A stretch of 33,514 bases of DNA from contig JAGQLW010000017.1 in the NCBI GenBank assembly GCA_020428995.1, forward strand, positions 1 to 33,514, read 5' to 3'. Made by a program: the position numbers and the translations under genes. Source of the DNA: Candidatus Moraniibacteriota bacterium. GTDB taxonomy: Bacteria > Patescibacteriota > Minisyncoccia > Moranbacterales > GCA-2747515. Of this stretch, positions 6,573 to 15,540 are shown piece by piece. The notes beneath the pieces are model-generated. The model made no database searches. It saw nothing but the letters and a program-made list of their open reading frames with translations, and was not told where the DNA came from. The first letter of the stretch is position 1; every line of letters begins with the position of its first letter.

Positions 6573-8507
6573 ATGGCTCTTCAAGATTTTCGTGACCAAT
6601 TGCAAAAACGTGATACAGATGTAACGCGTCCACGTCATGAGGGTAGTGATTATGACCCTTTGGCTCATGGTCGACAGGAACGCGCAGAAAAATTTGCTCG
6701 TAACCGATCTTTTTGGGAGCGTTCATTTTTTGGTTTGACTGATCGTCAACGCATGTTTTTGCGTCGTGGTTTGATTGTTTTGGGTGTTTTTTTGTGTATC
6801 TTTTTGATGGTTTGGGCAGTTGCATATGTGCGTGGTACTTTTTTTCGTGAAGCACGTGTTTCTGTTTTTGTTTCTGGTCCTGAAAATGTCGAGAGTGGTG
6901 CGCCCGTTGAGTTTGTGATTACGTATGAAAATGATAATCGTGCGAGTCTTGATGATGCTGTGTTGTTTTTGGAATATTCTGATAATTTTAGTCCTGATGT
7001 TTCGCGCATGTCGAATTTTCTTGTTGCTGGGCGTACGCGTGCTTCTGTGGACATTGGTTCTGTTGAAGCACATTCAAAAAAGAGCGTTTCTGTTTCTGGT
7101 ACTTTCTCTGGGCCAAAAGGACATGTTGCATCTTTTCGGGCAATGTTGGAATATTCTCCGGATAATGTCTCTTCCCGATTTTCTTCGGAGGTGCAAGTGA
7201 ATGTTTCATTAGACTCTTCTCCTCTTTCTTTTTCTGTTACTTCGCCGTTTGAAGTTGCTGATGGTGATGTTGTGGAATATCTTGTTCAATGGGAAAATCT
7301 TGGCGGGCGTCGTTTGGAAGATGTTCGTGTGCGTGCTGAATATCCCCAAGGTTTTGTTTTTGATGGATCTGATCCGCGAGTTTCTTTGTCTGATAATGTT
7401 TGGCAAATTGGTTCCGTTGATGCTGGTGACAGTGGAGTTATTTCTGTTCGTGGGCATCTTTATGCAGGAGATCAGAATGAAAAAGTGATTACGTTTTCTG
7501 CTGGTTCTTTTGATTCATCTGGTTCTTTTGTTTCTTTTGGTTCTGTTGAGGAACGCACACGATTGTTGCGATCTCCATTTGTTGTGACACATACCGTGAG
7601 TGGTTTGCGTGAGGGTGCTGTGACTCCTGGTCAGCAATTGCGATATGTTGTTAACTATCAAAACACTGGAGATGTTGGCTTGCGTGATGTTGTTGTATAT
7701 TTGGATGTTGATAATCCCGTTTTGGATTATGAAAAAGTTTCTTTTGAGCAAAAAGGAGCTTACGATGTTTCTCAGAATCGTTTTGTGTGGCGTGCTTCTT
7801 ATGTTCCTGAGTTGAATTTTGTTGCTCCGGGACAGAGTGGTTCTATTGCATTTGTTGTCCCTGTTTTGAGAGATTCTTATGTTCGACAGTCCACGGATCG
7901 CAATTTTTCTATTACTTCTGTGGCGTCGATTGATAGTCCGACGATTGATACACCGCTTGATCGTAATAAGGTTATTGCCAGTGATTTAGTTTCCATGAAG
8001 CTTAATACGGTTTTGGGTTTGGATGCATATCTTGTGTATCATGACGAACAATCTCCGAATACTGGACCGTTGCCTCCTGTTGTTGGACAAGAAACGACGT
8101 ATACTTTGCGTTTGTCTCTTTCCAATGCTTCCAATGATGTTCGAGATTCTCGCGTTTCTATTTTGTTGCCGGCTAATGTTTCATTTGTTGGTGGTGTGCG
8201 CCCAGAGGATGAATCTGTGCGCTTTAATGACCGTACAAATGAGATCGTTTGGGACACGGGTCGCTTGTCTGCTGGTCTTGGGTATGTCAGTGAATCACGT
8301 GATGTGAGTATGACTCTTGTCTTTCGTCCAAGTCCTGAGAATGTTGGTGAACCTGCTATTTTGGTTCGTAGTGTTACGGTTTCGGCTGTCGATCTTTTTA
8401 CTCAAGAAAATGTTTCTTCTGTTGTGGAGGATCGTACGACAGTGCTTTCTCGTGATCCCAAAACTGCTAATGGAGATTATTCTATTAAGCCTGCGCCTGA
8501 CAAATAA
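6573..8507 (+). CDS. Membrane-anchored protein with four tandem beta-rich repeat domains (DUF11/CARDB-like)
   Basis: After a charged N-terminal region there is one TM helix (GLIVLGVFLCIFLMVWAVAYV). A motif then recurs four times: VEFVITYENDNRASLDDAVLFLEY, VEYLVQWENLGGRRLEDVRVRAEY, LRYVVNYQNTGDVGLRDVVVYLDV, TTYTLRLSLSNASNDVRDSRVSILLP. Family assignment is by pattern only. Confidence 0.6.
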   Translation: MALQDFRDQLQKRDTDVTRPRHEGSDYDPLAHGRQERAEKFARNRSFWERSFFGLTDRQRMFLRRGLIVLGVFLCIFLMVWAVAYVRGTFFREARVSVFVSGPENVESGAPVEFVITYENDNRASLDDAVLFLEYSDNFSPDVSRMSNFLVAGRTRASVDIGSVEAHSKKSVSVSGTFSGPKGHVASFRAMLEYSPDNVSSRFSSEVQVNVSLDSSPLSFSVTSPFEVADGDVVEYLVQWENLGGRRLEDVRVRAEYPQGFVFDGSDPRVSLSDNVWQIGSVDAGDSGVISVRGHLYAGDQNEKVITFSAGSFDSSGSFVSFGSVEERTRLLRSPFVVTHTVSGLREGAVTPGQQLRYVVNYQNTGDVGLRDVVVYLDVDNPVLDYEKVSFEQKGAYDVSQNRFVWRASYVPELNFVAPGQSGSIAFVVPVLRDSYVRQSTDRNFSITSVASIDSPTIDTPLDRNKVIASDLVSMKLNTVLGLDAYLVYHDEQSPNTGPLPPVVGQETTYTLRLSLSNASNDVRDSRVSILLPANVSFVGGVRPEDESVRFNDRTNEIVWDTGRLSAGLGYVSESRDVSMTLVFRPSPENVGEPAILVRSVTVSAVDLFTQENVSSVVEDRTTVLSRDPKTANGDYSIKPAPDK

Positions 8508-8542
8508 AATTAAAATTTGTTCTTGCGTGTTTTTTTTGTAGA

Positions 8543-8580
8543 GGTGTCTCATCTTTTTGGTGAGACATCTTTTTGTTTTT
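8543..8580 (+). terminator. Rho-independent terminator
   Basis: A 9-bp stem GGTGTCTCA (8543-8551) / TGAGACATC (8561-8569) with one G.T is followed by TTTTTGTTTTT. Confidence 0.75.
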
Positions 8581-8586
8581 CAATAT

Positions 8587-8899
8587 AAGTAACTGTCTAA
8601 ATTCTCACCAATTTTGTTAAAAAATATTCTTGTCGGATAACACCTTATAATTTTGGCTGCTTGCTTGCCTCGCCTCGAGTTCCGAGTCGAAGCGGGCAAA
8701 ATATTCAGATCTCGTCAAAACTTGCTTGACGGTAGACAGGTATCTCGACCTGTTTTGCCGGCTTACCTCGGTTTGACGAGTCGAAGCTGTCAAGGCGGGT
8801 ATTTTTCCTCAATTTTCATTTTTTCTCCGCAAATGTACGGGGCGGGCGCTGGAAAATTCTGAAATTTATAGTTTGACATGAGAACTTAGATAGTTATTA
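8587..8899 (+). repeat. Expanded composite R-type element R7 (313 nt) with two M2 sub-modules
   Basis: 21-nt inverted arms AAGTAACTGTCTAAATTCTCA (8587-8607) and TGAGAACTTAGATAGTTATTA (8879-8899) pair at 17 of 21 positions Watson-Crick, with 2 G.T, 1 A.C and a terminal A.A. Inside are ATAATTTTGGCTGCTTGCTTG (core-like) and two copies of the CTCG..GAGTCGAAGC..GGG module (about 8660-8700 and 8757-8803). Small hairpins CGTCAA/TTGACG and ACAGGT/ACCTGT are also present. Confidence 0.6.
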
Positions 8900-8900
8900 A
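8873..8900 (+). promoter_or_regulatory. Candidate promoter TTGACA-16 nt-TATTAA upstream of tgt
   Basis: The -35 hexamer at 8873-8878 is perfect and the -10 TATTAA at 8895-8900 matches 4/6. It lies inside the 3' arm of R7, 100 nt upstream of ATG 9001. Confidence 0.3.
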
Positions 8901-9000
8901 GATTTGAATACTTTTTGTTTGTGCTAGAAAAGCGTTCTTGCGTTTATGGTTTTTTTTGCGTATCTTTGTTTTGGGAGATGTTTTTTCTTTTTTCTTTTTC

Positions 9001-10149
9001 ATGTTTTCTTTCAAACATTTTGATTCTTCACTTTTTCGACAAGGGTCTTTGACTGTGCCTCATGGTGAGATTCCAACACCATTTTTTATGCCTGATGCTA
9101 CACGCGCATCGATACGTGGTTTGTCTGTTGCTGACATTGAACGGACAGGTGTTTCGGCTATGGTTGTGAACACGTTTCATTTGTTCTTGCATCCAGGGAT
9201 GGAGATTGTTCGTGGTGCTGGAGGTGTTCATCGTTTCATGAATTGGTCAGGACCGCTTTTGTCTGACAGTGGGGGTTATCAAGTTTTTTCTTTGGTGCAC
9301 AAAAATTCACAAATGGGAACAATCACTGAGGAAGGTGTGCATTTTCGTTCTCCTGTTGATGGTTCGAAACATTTTTTGTCTCCTGAAAAAGCTATTGCAA
9401 TCCAGTTTGATCTTGGTGTGGATATGATGGTGTGTTTTGATGATCCTCCTCCGAATGGATATTCCAAGGAGCGTATTCGCGATGCAGTTGACAGAACGTT
9501 GCGATGGGCCGAACGTTGTCGTGTTGCTTATGATTATGAAGTGTCTGAACGGGGTTTGTCTTTGGAACAACGACCGTTGTTGTTTGGTGTTGTTCAGGGT
9601 GGGGAACATCTTGATTTGCGTCGATTTTGCGCGGAGCGTTTAACTGGTATTGGTTTTGATGGTTATGGTTTTGGCGCACGTCATGTTTCGGAGGAAGGTG
9701 ATTTTCTTTCTGAAGTATTGTCTGTTACGGCACAAGCACTTCCTGTTGAGTCGCCCCGTTTTGCCTTGGGAGTTGGTTCACCGTCTGATATTGTTCGTTG
9801 TGCTTCTTTTGGGTGGGACATGTTCGACTGTGTGATTCCAACACGTGAAGGACGGCATGGAAGGTTGTTTGTGTGGGAGAAAGATCCAAAGACTCTTTCT
9901 TGTTCAGATATTCTTTCTTCTCTTGATGATTTTTTCTCCACGTTTACTGTTGTGCGCAGTTCCTTTCGTGATGACTTTTCTCGTGTCGATTCATTTTGTG
10001 ATTGCATGCTTTGCACAAATCATTCTCGTTCATATCTTCGACATTTGCTTCGTGTTGGTGAGCCACTTGGTGCGCGATTGGCGTCAGAACATAATCTCAC
10101 TTTTTATTCTCAGTTGATGCGTGTTTTGCGTAATGATTCACAAGTTTGA
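9001..10149 (+). CDS. tgt: Queuine tRNA-ribosyltransferase (tRNA-guanine transglycosylase)
   Basis: Motifs TPFFMPDAT, LSDSGGYQVFSL, the zinc site CDCMLCTNHSRSYLRHL and EHNLTFY are present. The start is set at ATG 9001. Confidence 0.88.
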   Translation: MFSFKHFDSSLFRQGSLTVPHGEIPTPFFMPDATRASIRGLSVADIERTGVSAMVVNTFHLFLHPGMEIVRGAGGVHRFMNWSGPLLSDSGGYQVFSLVHKNSQMGTITEEGVHFRSPVDGSKHFLSPEKAIAIQFDLGVDMMVCFDDPPPNGYSKERIRDAVDRTLRWAERCRVAYDYEVSERGLSLEQRPLLFGVVQGGEHLDLRRFCAERLTGIGFDGYGFGARHVSEEGDFLSEVLSVTAQALPVESPRFALGVGSPSDIVRCASFGWDMFDCVIPTREGRHGRLFVWEKDPKTLSCSDILSSLDDFFSTFTVVRSSFRDDFSRVDSFCDCMLCTNHSRSYLRHLLRVGEPLGARLASEHNLTFYSQLMRVLRNDSQV

Positions 10150-10305
10150 GGTGAATAATAAGATTTTTGCAGAAAAAATATTTTTTTGTTTAAAATTTAA
10201 TGATTTTGTAATTTGTAATTATTTCTTAGGATTGGTTCTAGTATTTGTGTTTTGTGGTATTGTGATTATAGGGAGCGTTTTTCAATTATTTGATTTGTAT
10301 TGTTT

Positions 10306-11031
10306 ATGATGACTTTTTTTGATCAATTTTCTGATGTGCTGAGTGTTCTTTCTTTGCGGGATGATGGCCCGATGAATTTGACTCATGCATCTGGGCAAGA
10401 GAATCGTAACCGTTTTTTTTCTTCTTGCCACATTTCTCCCGAGCGTGTTTTTTCTGCAGGGCTTGTTCATGGAAACAGTGTTAGTGTTGTTGGGGAGTCT
10501 TCTCCTCAGAACATTGATCGCATGGATGCTTTGGTGACACGGTTACCGGAGCATTATTTATCAATCACTGTTGCAGATTGTTATCCGGTATTTTTTTATG
10601 CTCCATCTTCGCGGATTGTTGGCATTGCGCATGCTGGTTGGCGGGGTGTTGTTTCTGAGGTTATTTTGCGTACTTTTGATCAGATGGTTGCTTTGGGTGC
10701 TGATGTTTTTGATATTCATGTTGCAATTGGACCAGGTATTTCACAACCGAACTATATTTTTGAACATAAGACATGTGTTGTTTCTTTTGGGAGATACTGT
10801 CGTGATCATTATTTTGTTCCTGTGAAGGATCGTCCGGGGTATATGTATTTGAATTTGCAAAAGATTATTCTTGATCAGTGTACTGAGGCGGGTGTATCTA
10901 TGGATCATGTTGATGGTACTCTTATGTGTACGTTTGCTGATCCAGATCGATTTTTTTCTGCTCGACGTGATTCTGAGGAAGAAACTTCTGATGACCGTAT
11001 GATTGCGCTGATTGGTTTGCGTAAATCTTGA
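10306..11031 (+). CDS. pgeF: YfiH/PgeF-family (laccase-domain, DUF152) protein
   Basis: It carries DALVT, the signature ADCYPVFFY....IVGIAHAGWRGV and C-terminal FFSARRD. The start is set at ATG 10306. Confidence 0.8.
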   Translation: MMTFFDQFSDVLSVLSLRDDGPMNLTHASGQENRNRFFSSCHISPERVFSAGLVHGNSVSVVGESSPQNIDRMDALVTRLPEHYLSITVADCYPVFFYAPSSRIVGIAHAGWRGVVSEVILRTFDQMVALGADVFDIHVAIGPGISQPNYIFEHKTCVVSFGRYCRDHYFVPVKDRPGYMYLNLQKIILDQCTEAGVSMDHVDGTLMCTFADPDRFFSARRDSEEETSDDRMIALIGLRKS

Positions 11032-11110
11032 CTTTTTTTCTCTTTTAGTTGATTCTTTAGGATATTGATTGTGCGTCTCTTTGTGTTTTTATTTGATTAT
11101 CTTTTGTTCT

Positions 11111-12475
11111 ATGAGTGAGTCACTTTCTTCTTTGGATGTTGTTGTTTCGTTGGCTAAACGTCGTGGTTTTGTTTATCCCGCGTGTGAGATTTATGGGGGG
11201 TTTGCTAATGCGTATAGTTTTGGTCCGTATGGTGTTGAGTTGCGTAATAATATTAAAAAATTGTGGTGGAAGATGTTTGTGAATGATCGTTCTGATATTG
11301 TTGGAATGGACGGTCCGATTCTTTTGCATTCTCGTTTGTGGGAGGCGTCAGGGCACACCACTGGTTTTAATGATGCAATGGTTGACTGTAAGAAATGCAA
11401 GAAGCGTTTTCGTGCTGACCATTTGGTTGAGGAAGCTACGGGTAAGGACATGGAAGGAGATTTTCCTGCAATGAATGAGGCTCTTCGATTGATTCCGTGT
11501 TCGTCGTGTGGTGCAAATGATTGGACCGACGCACGGCAGTTTAACATGATGTTTCACACGTCAATGAATGGTTTTTCTGGTGATGTGTTTTTGCGTCCAG
11601 AGACTGCTGGTGCTATCTTTGTTGATTTTAAAAATATTGTTGATTCGATGCGGGTGCGCGTACCTTTTGGTGTTGCACAGATTGGAAAGGCGTTTCGTAA
11701 TGAGATTGTTGCGGGGAATTTTATTTTTCGTTTGCGTGAGTTTGAACAAATGGAGATTGAATATTTCATTCGTCCAGAGGAAAAGTGGGAGGAATTGTTT
11801 GAACAATGGCTTGTTCTGCAGGAACGTTTTGCAGTTTCTCTGGGAGCTTCTACTGATTCCATTCGTCGTTATGAACATCCAAAAGAAAAATTGTCTCATT
11901 ATTCAAAAAAGACGATTGATATTGAGTATAAATTTCCGTTTGGTTTCAAAGAGTTGTTTGGTTTGGCATGTCGTGGTGACTTTGATCTTTCCAGTCATGC
12001 GGCTGCTTCTGGTGTTGATTTGTCATTTCGTGATCCTGAGACAGGACAGTCGTATGTTCCTCATGTCTTGGAGCCTACTTTTGGTTTAGATCGATCTTTG
12101 TTGGTGACTTTGTGTGCGGCGTATCATGAAGAACAGTTGGAAAAAGGTTCTCGTATTGTCATGAAGTTTCCTTTTGCGCTGGCTCCTGTGAAAGTTGCTG
12201 TGTTTCCGCTTTTGAAAAACAAGCCAGAGCTTGTTGCTAAGGCGCGTGAAATTTTTGACATGCTCAAGACTTCTTTTGTGTGCGAGTTTGATGACAATGG
12301 TAATGTTGGAAAGCGGTATCGTCGTCAGGATGAGATTGGCACACCGTTTTGTGTGACAGTTGATTTTGATTCATTTTCTGATGGTGCTGTGACTGTTCGT
12401 GATCGTGACACAATGGTGCAGGAACGTGTTAGTGTTTCTGAGCTTTCTTCCTACCTTTCTTCTCGTCTCGGGTAA
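11111..12475 (+). CDS. glyQS: Glycine--tRNA ligase (homodimeric alpha2 type)
   Basis: Motifs RRGFVYPACEIYGGFANAYSFGPYGVELRNNIK, FLRPETAGAIFVDF, FRNEI....FIFRLREFEQMEIEYF and a C-terminal anticodon-binding domain (VAVFPL) are present. The start is set at ATG 11111. Confidence 0.92.
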   Translation: MSESLSSLDVVVSLAKRRGFVYPACEIYGGFANAYSFGPYGVELRNNIKKLWWKMFVNDRSDIVGMDGPILLHSRLWEASGHTTGFNDAMVDCKKCKKRFRADHLVEEATGKDMEGDFPAMNEALRLIPCSSCGANDWTDARQFNMMFHTSMNGFSGDVFLRPETAGAIFVDFKNIVDSMRVRVPFGVAQIGKAFRNEIVAGNFIFRLREFEQMEIEYFIRPEEKWEELFEQWLVLQERFAVSLGASTDSIRRYEHPKEKLSHYSKKTIDIEYKFPFGFKELFGLACRGDFDLSSHAAASGVDLSFRDPETGQSYVPHVLEPTFGLDRSLLVTLCAAYHEEQLEKGSRIVMKFPFALAPVKVAVFPLLKNKPELVAKAREIFDMLKTSFVCEFDDNGNVGKRYRRQDEIGTPFCVTVDFDSFSDGAVTVRDRDTMVQERVSVSELSSYLSSRLG

Positions 12476-12480
12476 ATTGT

Positions 12481-12604
12481 CTGGAACTTAAGTGTTTGAC
12501 AAACTCCTGTGTCAAACACTCCAGTGCTCGACGGTGTATATTTATATACACCTTACTCCGCCCTTCGTGTTTTTCTTGGATTTTATTCAAACGTTGAAGT
12601 TCTG
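12481..12604 (+). repeat. R-element copy R8
   Basis: It starts 6 nt after the glyQS stop. Outer arms are 12481-12499 and 12587-12604, with several G.T pairs. A local 10-bp hairpin GTGTTTGACA (12492-12501) / TGTCAAACAC (12510-12519) is possible. Inner helix is AAACAC/GTGTTT and the apical hairpin is GGTGTATA (12533-12540) / TATACACC (12545-12552). Confidence 0.85.
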
Positions 12605-12657
12605 TTGGTTTTGTTTTTTGGAAGAGTTTTCTTTGTATAACTTTATGATTTTTTCTT

Positions 12658-14061
12658 ATGAAATTTTCTGTTGTTTCTTCTGTCTCTGGTGTGGAAAAAG
12701 ATGCATGTACCGTTCGTCTTGTTGCGCCTTCAGAGGTGGAACGTTTTGTTGAGGCAGATGGTGTTTGTTTTCTTGAAATTCCTTTTGATGTTGCAAAGGT
12801 TGCACGACGTCGAAGTGTGTTGTTGTTTCGTCGCATTGTTTCGTTGGCGAAGAAATATCATCTTGAAAATCTTATTCTTGCTTGGGATGAGGTTTATTTT
12901 TCCTCTCTAAGTATTTCTGTTGCTGATTACGCTGAGATGGTTGGTGTTGCAATGGAAATGGCACATTATGAGTTTCGTCGTTTCCGCACTGTCCCTAAAG
13001 AGGGTTGGAAAGATGTGAAAAATGTTTCCGTTGTTGTCTCTGATTCTTCGGTTGTCCGTGCTGTTCGTTTTGGTTTAGGTCGATCAAAACAGATTGCATT
13101 GTGGGTGAATCGTTGCAGAGATTTTGCTAATACCCCTGGTGCTGACATGACACCGCGTTCTTTTGTTAGCACTGTTTCAAAGTTGGTTAAGAATACGTCA
13201 ATTCGTATGACGGTTCTTGATGAAAAAAAGATTTCTCAACTTAAGATGGGGGGTGTGCTTGGTGTTTCCAAAGGCTCTGTTGAACCGCCACGTTTTTTGA
13301 TTCTTGAGTATTCTGGTGGAAAAAAAACTGATGCGCCAATTGTGTTGGTGGGTAAGGGAGTGACGTTTGATACTGGTGGAATTGATGTGAAGCCCTATCC
13401 TTACGCATTGGATATGAACATGGATATGTCTGGTGGTGCTGCGGTTGTTTCAACTTTGTTTGTTGCGCATGATTTGAAGGTGAAGAAGAATATTGTTGTT
13501 TTGGTTCCTCTTGTGGAAAACATGATGTCGGGATCTGCTTTTCGCCCTGGCGACATTTTGACGGCGATGGATGGGACGACTATGGAAGTGCGTAATACGG
13601 ATGCTGAAGGGCGTTTGATTTTGGCAGACGCACTTTGTTATGCGCGCCGGTGGAAACCACAGCTCGTTATTGATGTTGCAACACTTACAGGAGCTGCGTT
13701 GGGTGCGTTGGGTGAACGTGCCAGTGCTGTGTTTACACAGGATGATTTGCTTGCTCAAAAAATGTTTGATTGTGGTGAGTCCAGTGGAGACTACGTGTGG
13801 CGACTTCCTTTGTGGGAGGAACATGGCGCGGACATTAAGGGTGTCTTTGGAGACATTGCTAATTTGCGTACTGTTGGTAGTGACCGGTATGCTGGTGCTA
13901 GTTCTGCTGCTGCATTTTTGCATCATTTTGCAAAGGATTTTTCTTTGTGGGTGCATGTGGACATGGCACCACGCATGACATCTGTTCATGATGAGTTTCT
14001 GGCAAAAGGTGCTGCGGGTGCGCCTGTGCGCTTGTTGCTTCGATTGTTGGAGACAATTTGA
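12658..14061 (+). CDS. pepA: Leucyl aminopeptidase (M17 family)
   Basis: It carries VGKGVTFDTGGIDVKP, MDMSGGAAV and the M17 signature NTDAEGRLILADAL. Confidence 0.9.
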   Translation: MKFSVVSSVSGVEKDACTVRLVAPSEVERFVEADGVCFLEIPFDVAKVARRRSVLLFRRIVSLAKKYHLENLILAWDEVYFSSLSISVADYAEMVGVAMEMAHYEFRRFRTVPKEGWKDVKNVSVVVSDSSVVRAVRFGLGRSKQIALWVNRCRDFANTPGADMTPRSFVSTVSKLVKNTSIRMTVLDEKKISQLKMGGVLGVSKGSVEPPRFLILEYSGGKKTDAPIVLVGKGVTFDTGGIDVKPYPYALDMNMDMSGGAAVVSTLFVAHDLKVKKNIVVLVPLVENMMSGSAFRPGDILTAMDGTTMEVRNTDAEGRLILADALCYARRWKPQLVIDVATLTGAALGALGERASAVFTQDDLLAQKMFDCGESSGDYVWRLPLWEEHGADIKGVFGDIANLRTVGSDRYAGASSAAAFLHHFAKDFSLWVHVDMAPRMTSVHDEFLAKGAAGAPVRLLLRLLETI

Positions 14062-14075
14062 TTTGTTTTTCTCAT

Positions 14076-14110
14076 AAACACGGTCTGAAAGGGCTGTGTT
14101 TTTTTGTTTT
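14076..14110 (+). terminator. Rho-independent terminator
   Basis: Stem AACACGG (14077-14083) / CTGTGTT (14094-14100) has a 10-nt loop and is followed by TTTTTTTGTTTT. Confidence 0.6.
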
Positions 14111-14247
14111 GTGTTGGGTTTGTGTTTTTTATTTTTTTAGTGGTTTTTCTTTGAAGAGTCTCTTTTTGTTTGCATATTTGGCTTTCTGGCAATATACTGC
14201 TTCAGAGGAGGAAAATCTTTTTTAAATGACTATATTCAGGCTTTTTT

Positions 14248-15519
14248 ATGCAGTATAAAATTCACACATTGAAGAATGGTTTGCGTGTTATCTTTGCACC
14301 AATGAAAGACACACAAACAGCAACAGTTTTGATTTTGGTTGGGACGGGGTCGCGTTATGAGACGAAAAAAACCAATGGTTTGGCGCATTTTTTGGAACAC
14401 ATGTTTTTTAAGGGAACACAGAAACGTCCAACCACATTGGCTATTGCTGAGGAATTGGATGCTGTTGGCGGAGAGTATAATGCATATACGAGCAAGGATC
14501 ACACTGGTTATTGGGCAAAAGTTGATTCCAAACATGTTGGTGTTGCATTGGATGTTGTGAGTGATATTTTTCTTAATGCCAAAATTGAGCAGAAAGAAAT
14601 TAATCGTGAACGTGGTCCGATTTTGCAGGAATTGAACATGTATGAAGATATGCCGATTCGCCATATTGGAGATTTGTTTGAGCTATTATTGTTTGGAGAT
14701 CATCCTCTTGGGCGGGAAATTCTTGGTACGCGTGAGAATATTAATGGTGTGATGCGTAAGGATTTTATTGATTATCTTGATCAATATTATGTTGCGTCAA
14801 ACACGGTTGTTGCTGTTTCGGGGAATTTTTCTCAGAAGGATGTTTTGAAAAAAATTACTCAAGATTTTGTAGACATGCGTGTTGGTGAAAAACCGTCGTT
14901 TGTTTCGTATGATTCTGATTATGTTCCTTCTTCGCCTGTTTATGTGCAAGACAAAAAGACTGACCAGACACAGTTGATGGTTGGTGTTGGGGCATATGGT
15001 TTTCGTAGTAAAAATCGTTATGCACTGGCTGTTTTGTCTGCTATTTTGGGTGGTGGAATGAGTAGTCGATTGTTTATTGCTGTTCGTGAACGACGTGGAT
15101 TGGCATATAATGTGCGCACAATGACAGAGGCGTATGCTGATGCCGGATGTCTTGTGACACAGGCAGGTGTTGAGCATGATAATGTGGAGGAGGCGTTGAA
15201 GATTATTTTGCGTGAGTATCGTCGTACTCGACGAGAAAAAGTTCTACGCAAGGAACTTTCCAAGGCAAAAGATTTTCTCAAAGGGCGTCTTGTGTTGGGT
15301 TTGGAGTCTTCTGACGAGGTTGCAACATTTTTTGCTGAGCAAGAAGTTGTTAAAGGGAAAATCACTCCGCTTTCTGAGCACTTGGAAAATATTGATAAGG
15401 TGCGCGCGGCTGATGTGCATCGTGTTGCCAATGAGATTTTTCAGACGGATCGTCTGCGTTTGGCAATCATTGGTCCACATGGTGATGGTCAGCAATTGCG
15501 TGGTTTGTTGAAGGTATAG
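14248..15519 (+). CDS. M16-family (insulinase/pitrilysin-like) zinc peptidase
   Basis: It carries the inverted zinc motif HFLEHMFFKGT (HxxEH) and is 423 aa, typical of M16B. Confidence 0.85.
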   Translation: MQYKIHTLKNGLRVIFAPMKDTQTATVLILVGTGSRYETKKTNGLAHFLEHMFFKGTQKRPTTLAIAEELDAVGGEYNAYTSKDHTGYWAKVDSKHVGVALDVVSDIFLNAKIEQKEINRERGPILQELNMYEDMPIRHIGDLFELLLFGDHPLGREILGTRENINGVMRKDFIDYLDQYYVASNTVVAVSGNFSQKDVLKKITQDFVDMRVGEKPSFVSYDSDYVPSSPVYVQDKKTDQTQLMVGVGAYGFRSKNRYALAVLSAILGGGMSSRLFIAVRERRGLAYNVRTMTEAYADAGCLVTQAGVEHDNVEEALKIILREYRRTRREKVLRKELSKAKDFLKGRLVLGLESSDEVATFFAEQEVVKGKITPLSEHLENIDKVRAADVHRVANEIFQTDRLRLAIIGPHGDGQQLRGLLKV

Positions 15520-15540
15520 ATTTTTTAAGTACTGTTTCTT

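Noticed and set aside
8660-8700. tRNA-like T-arm resemblance in the M2 module (..TTCGAGTCGAAGCGGG..). It also occurs at about 19888-19912 and about 5174-5206.
   Set aside because: No acceptor stem, D-arm or anticodon arm can be drawn around it. There is no CCA-proximal pairing, and the module is embedded in larger hairpins.
8653-8862. A 69-aa ORF inside the composite element R7.
   Set aside because: It starts at a non-ATG codon in the ORF track. It lies wholly in repeat and hairpin sequence, has no RBS and no recognisable motif.
12492-12752. ORFs running through R-elements that give similar peptides, for example MFDKLLCQTLQCST.. at 12492 and ..MFDKLLCRTLQCSTF.. at 19740. Others are 6030..6221, 4793..5011, 4999..5196 and 2620..2811.
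   Set aside because: Indels between copies shift the frame (GTTTGACAAACT versus GTTTTTGGTAAACT, plus the insertions in R10). Substitutions are compensatory for base pairing rather than synonymous. There is no consistent start or stop. The similarity is nucleotide-level, not protein-level.
14207-14258. GGAGG at 14207-14211 followed by a 10-codon ORF (ATG 14226 to TAA 14256-14258) that overlaps the M16 peptidase start. This could be a regulatory upstream ORF.
   Set aside because: The SD-to-ATG spacing is 14 nt, which is long. The peptide (MTIFRLFYAV) is unremarkable and there is no supporting structure. This is too speculative to call.
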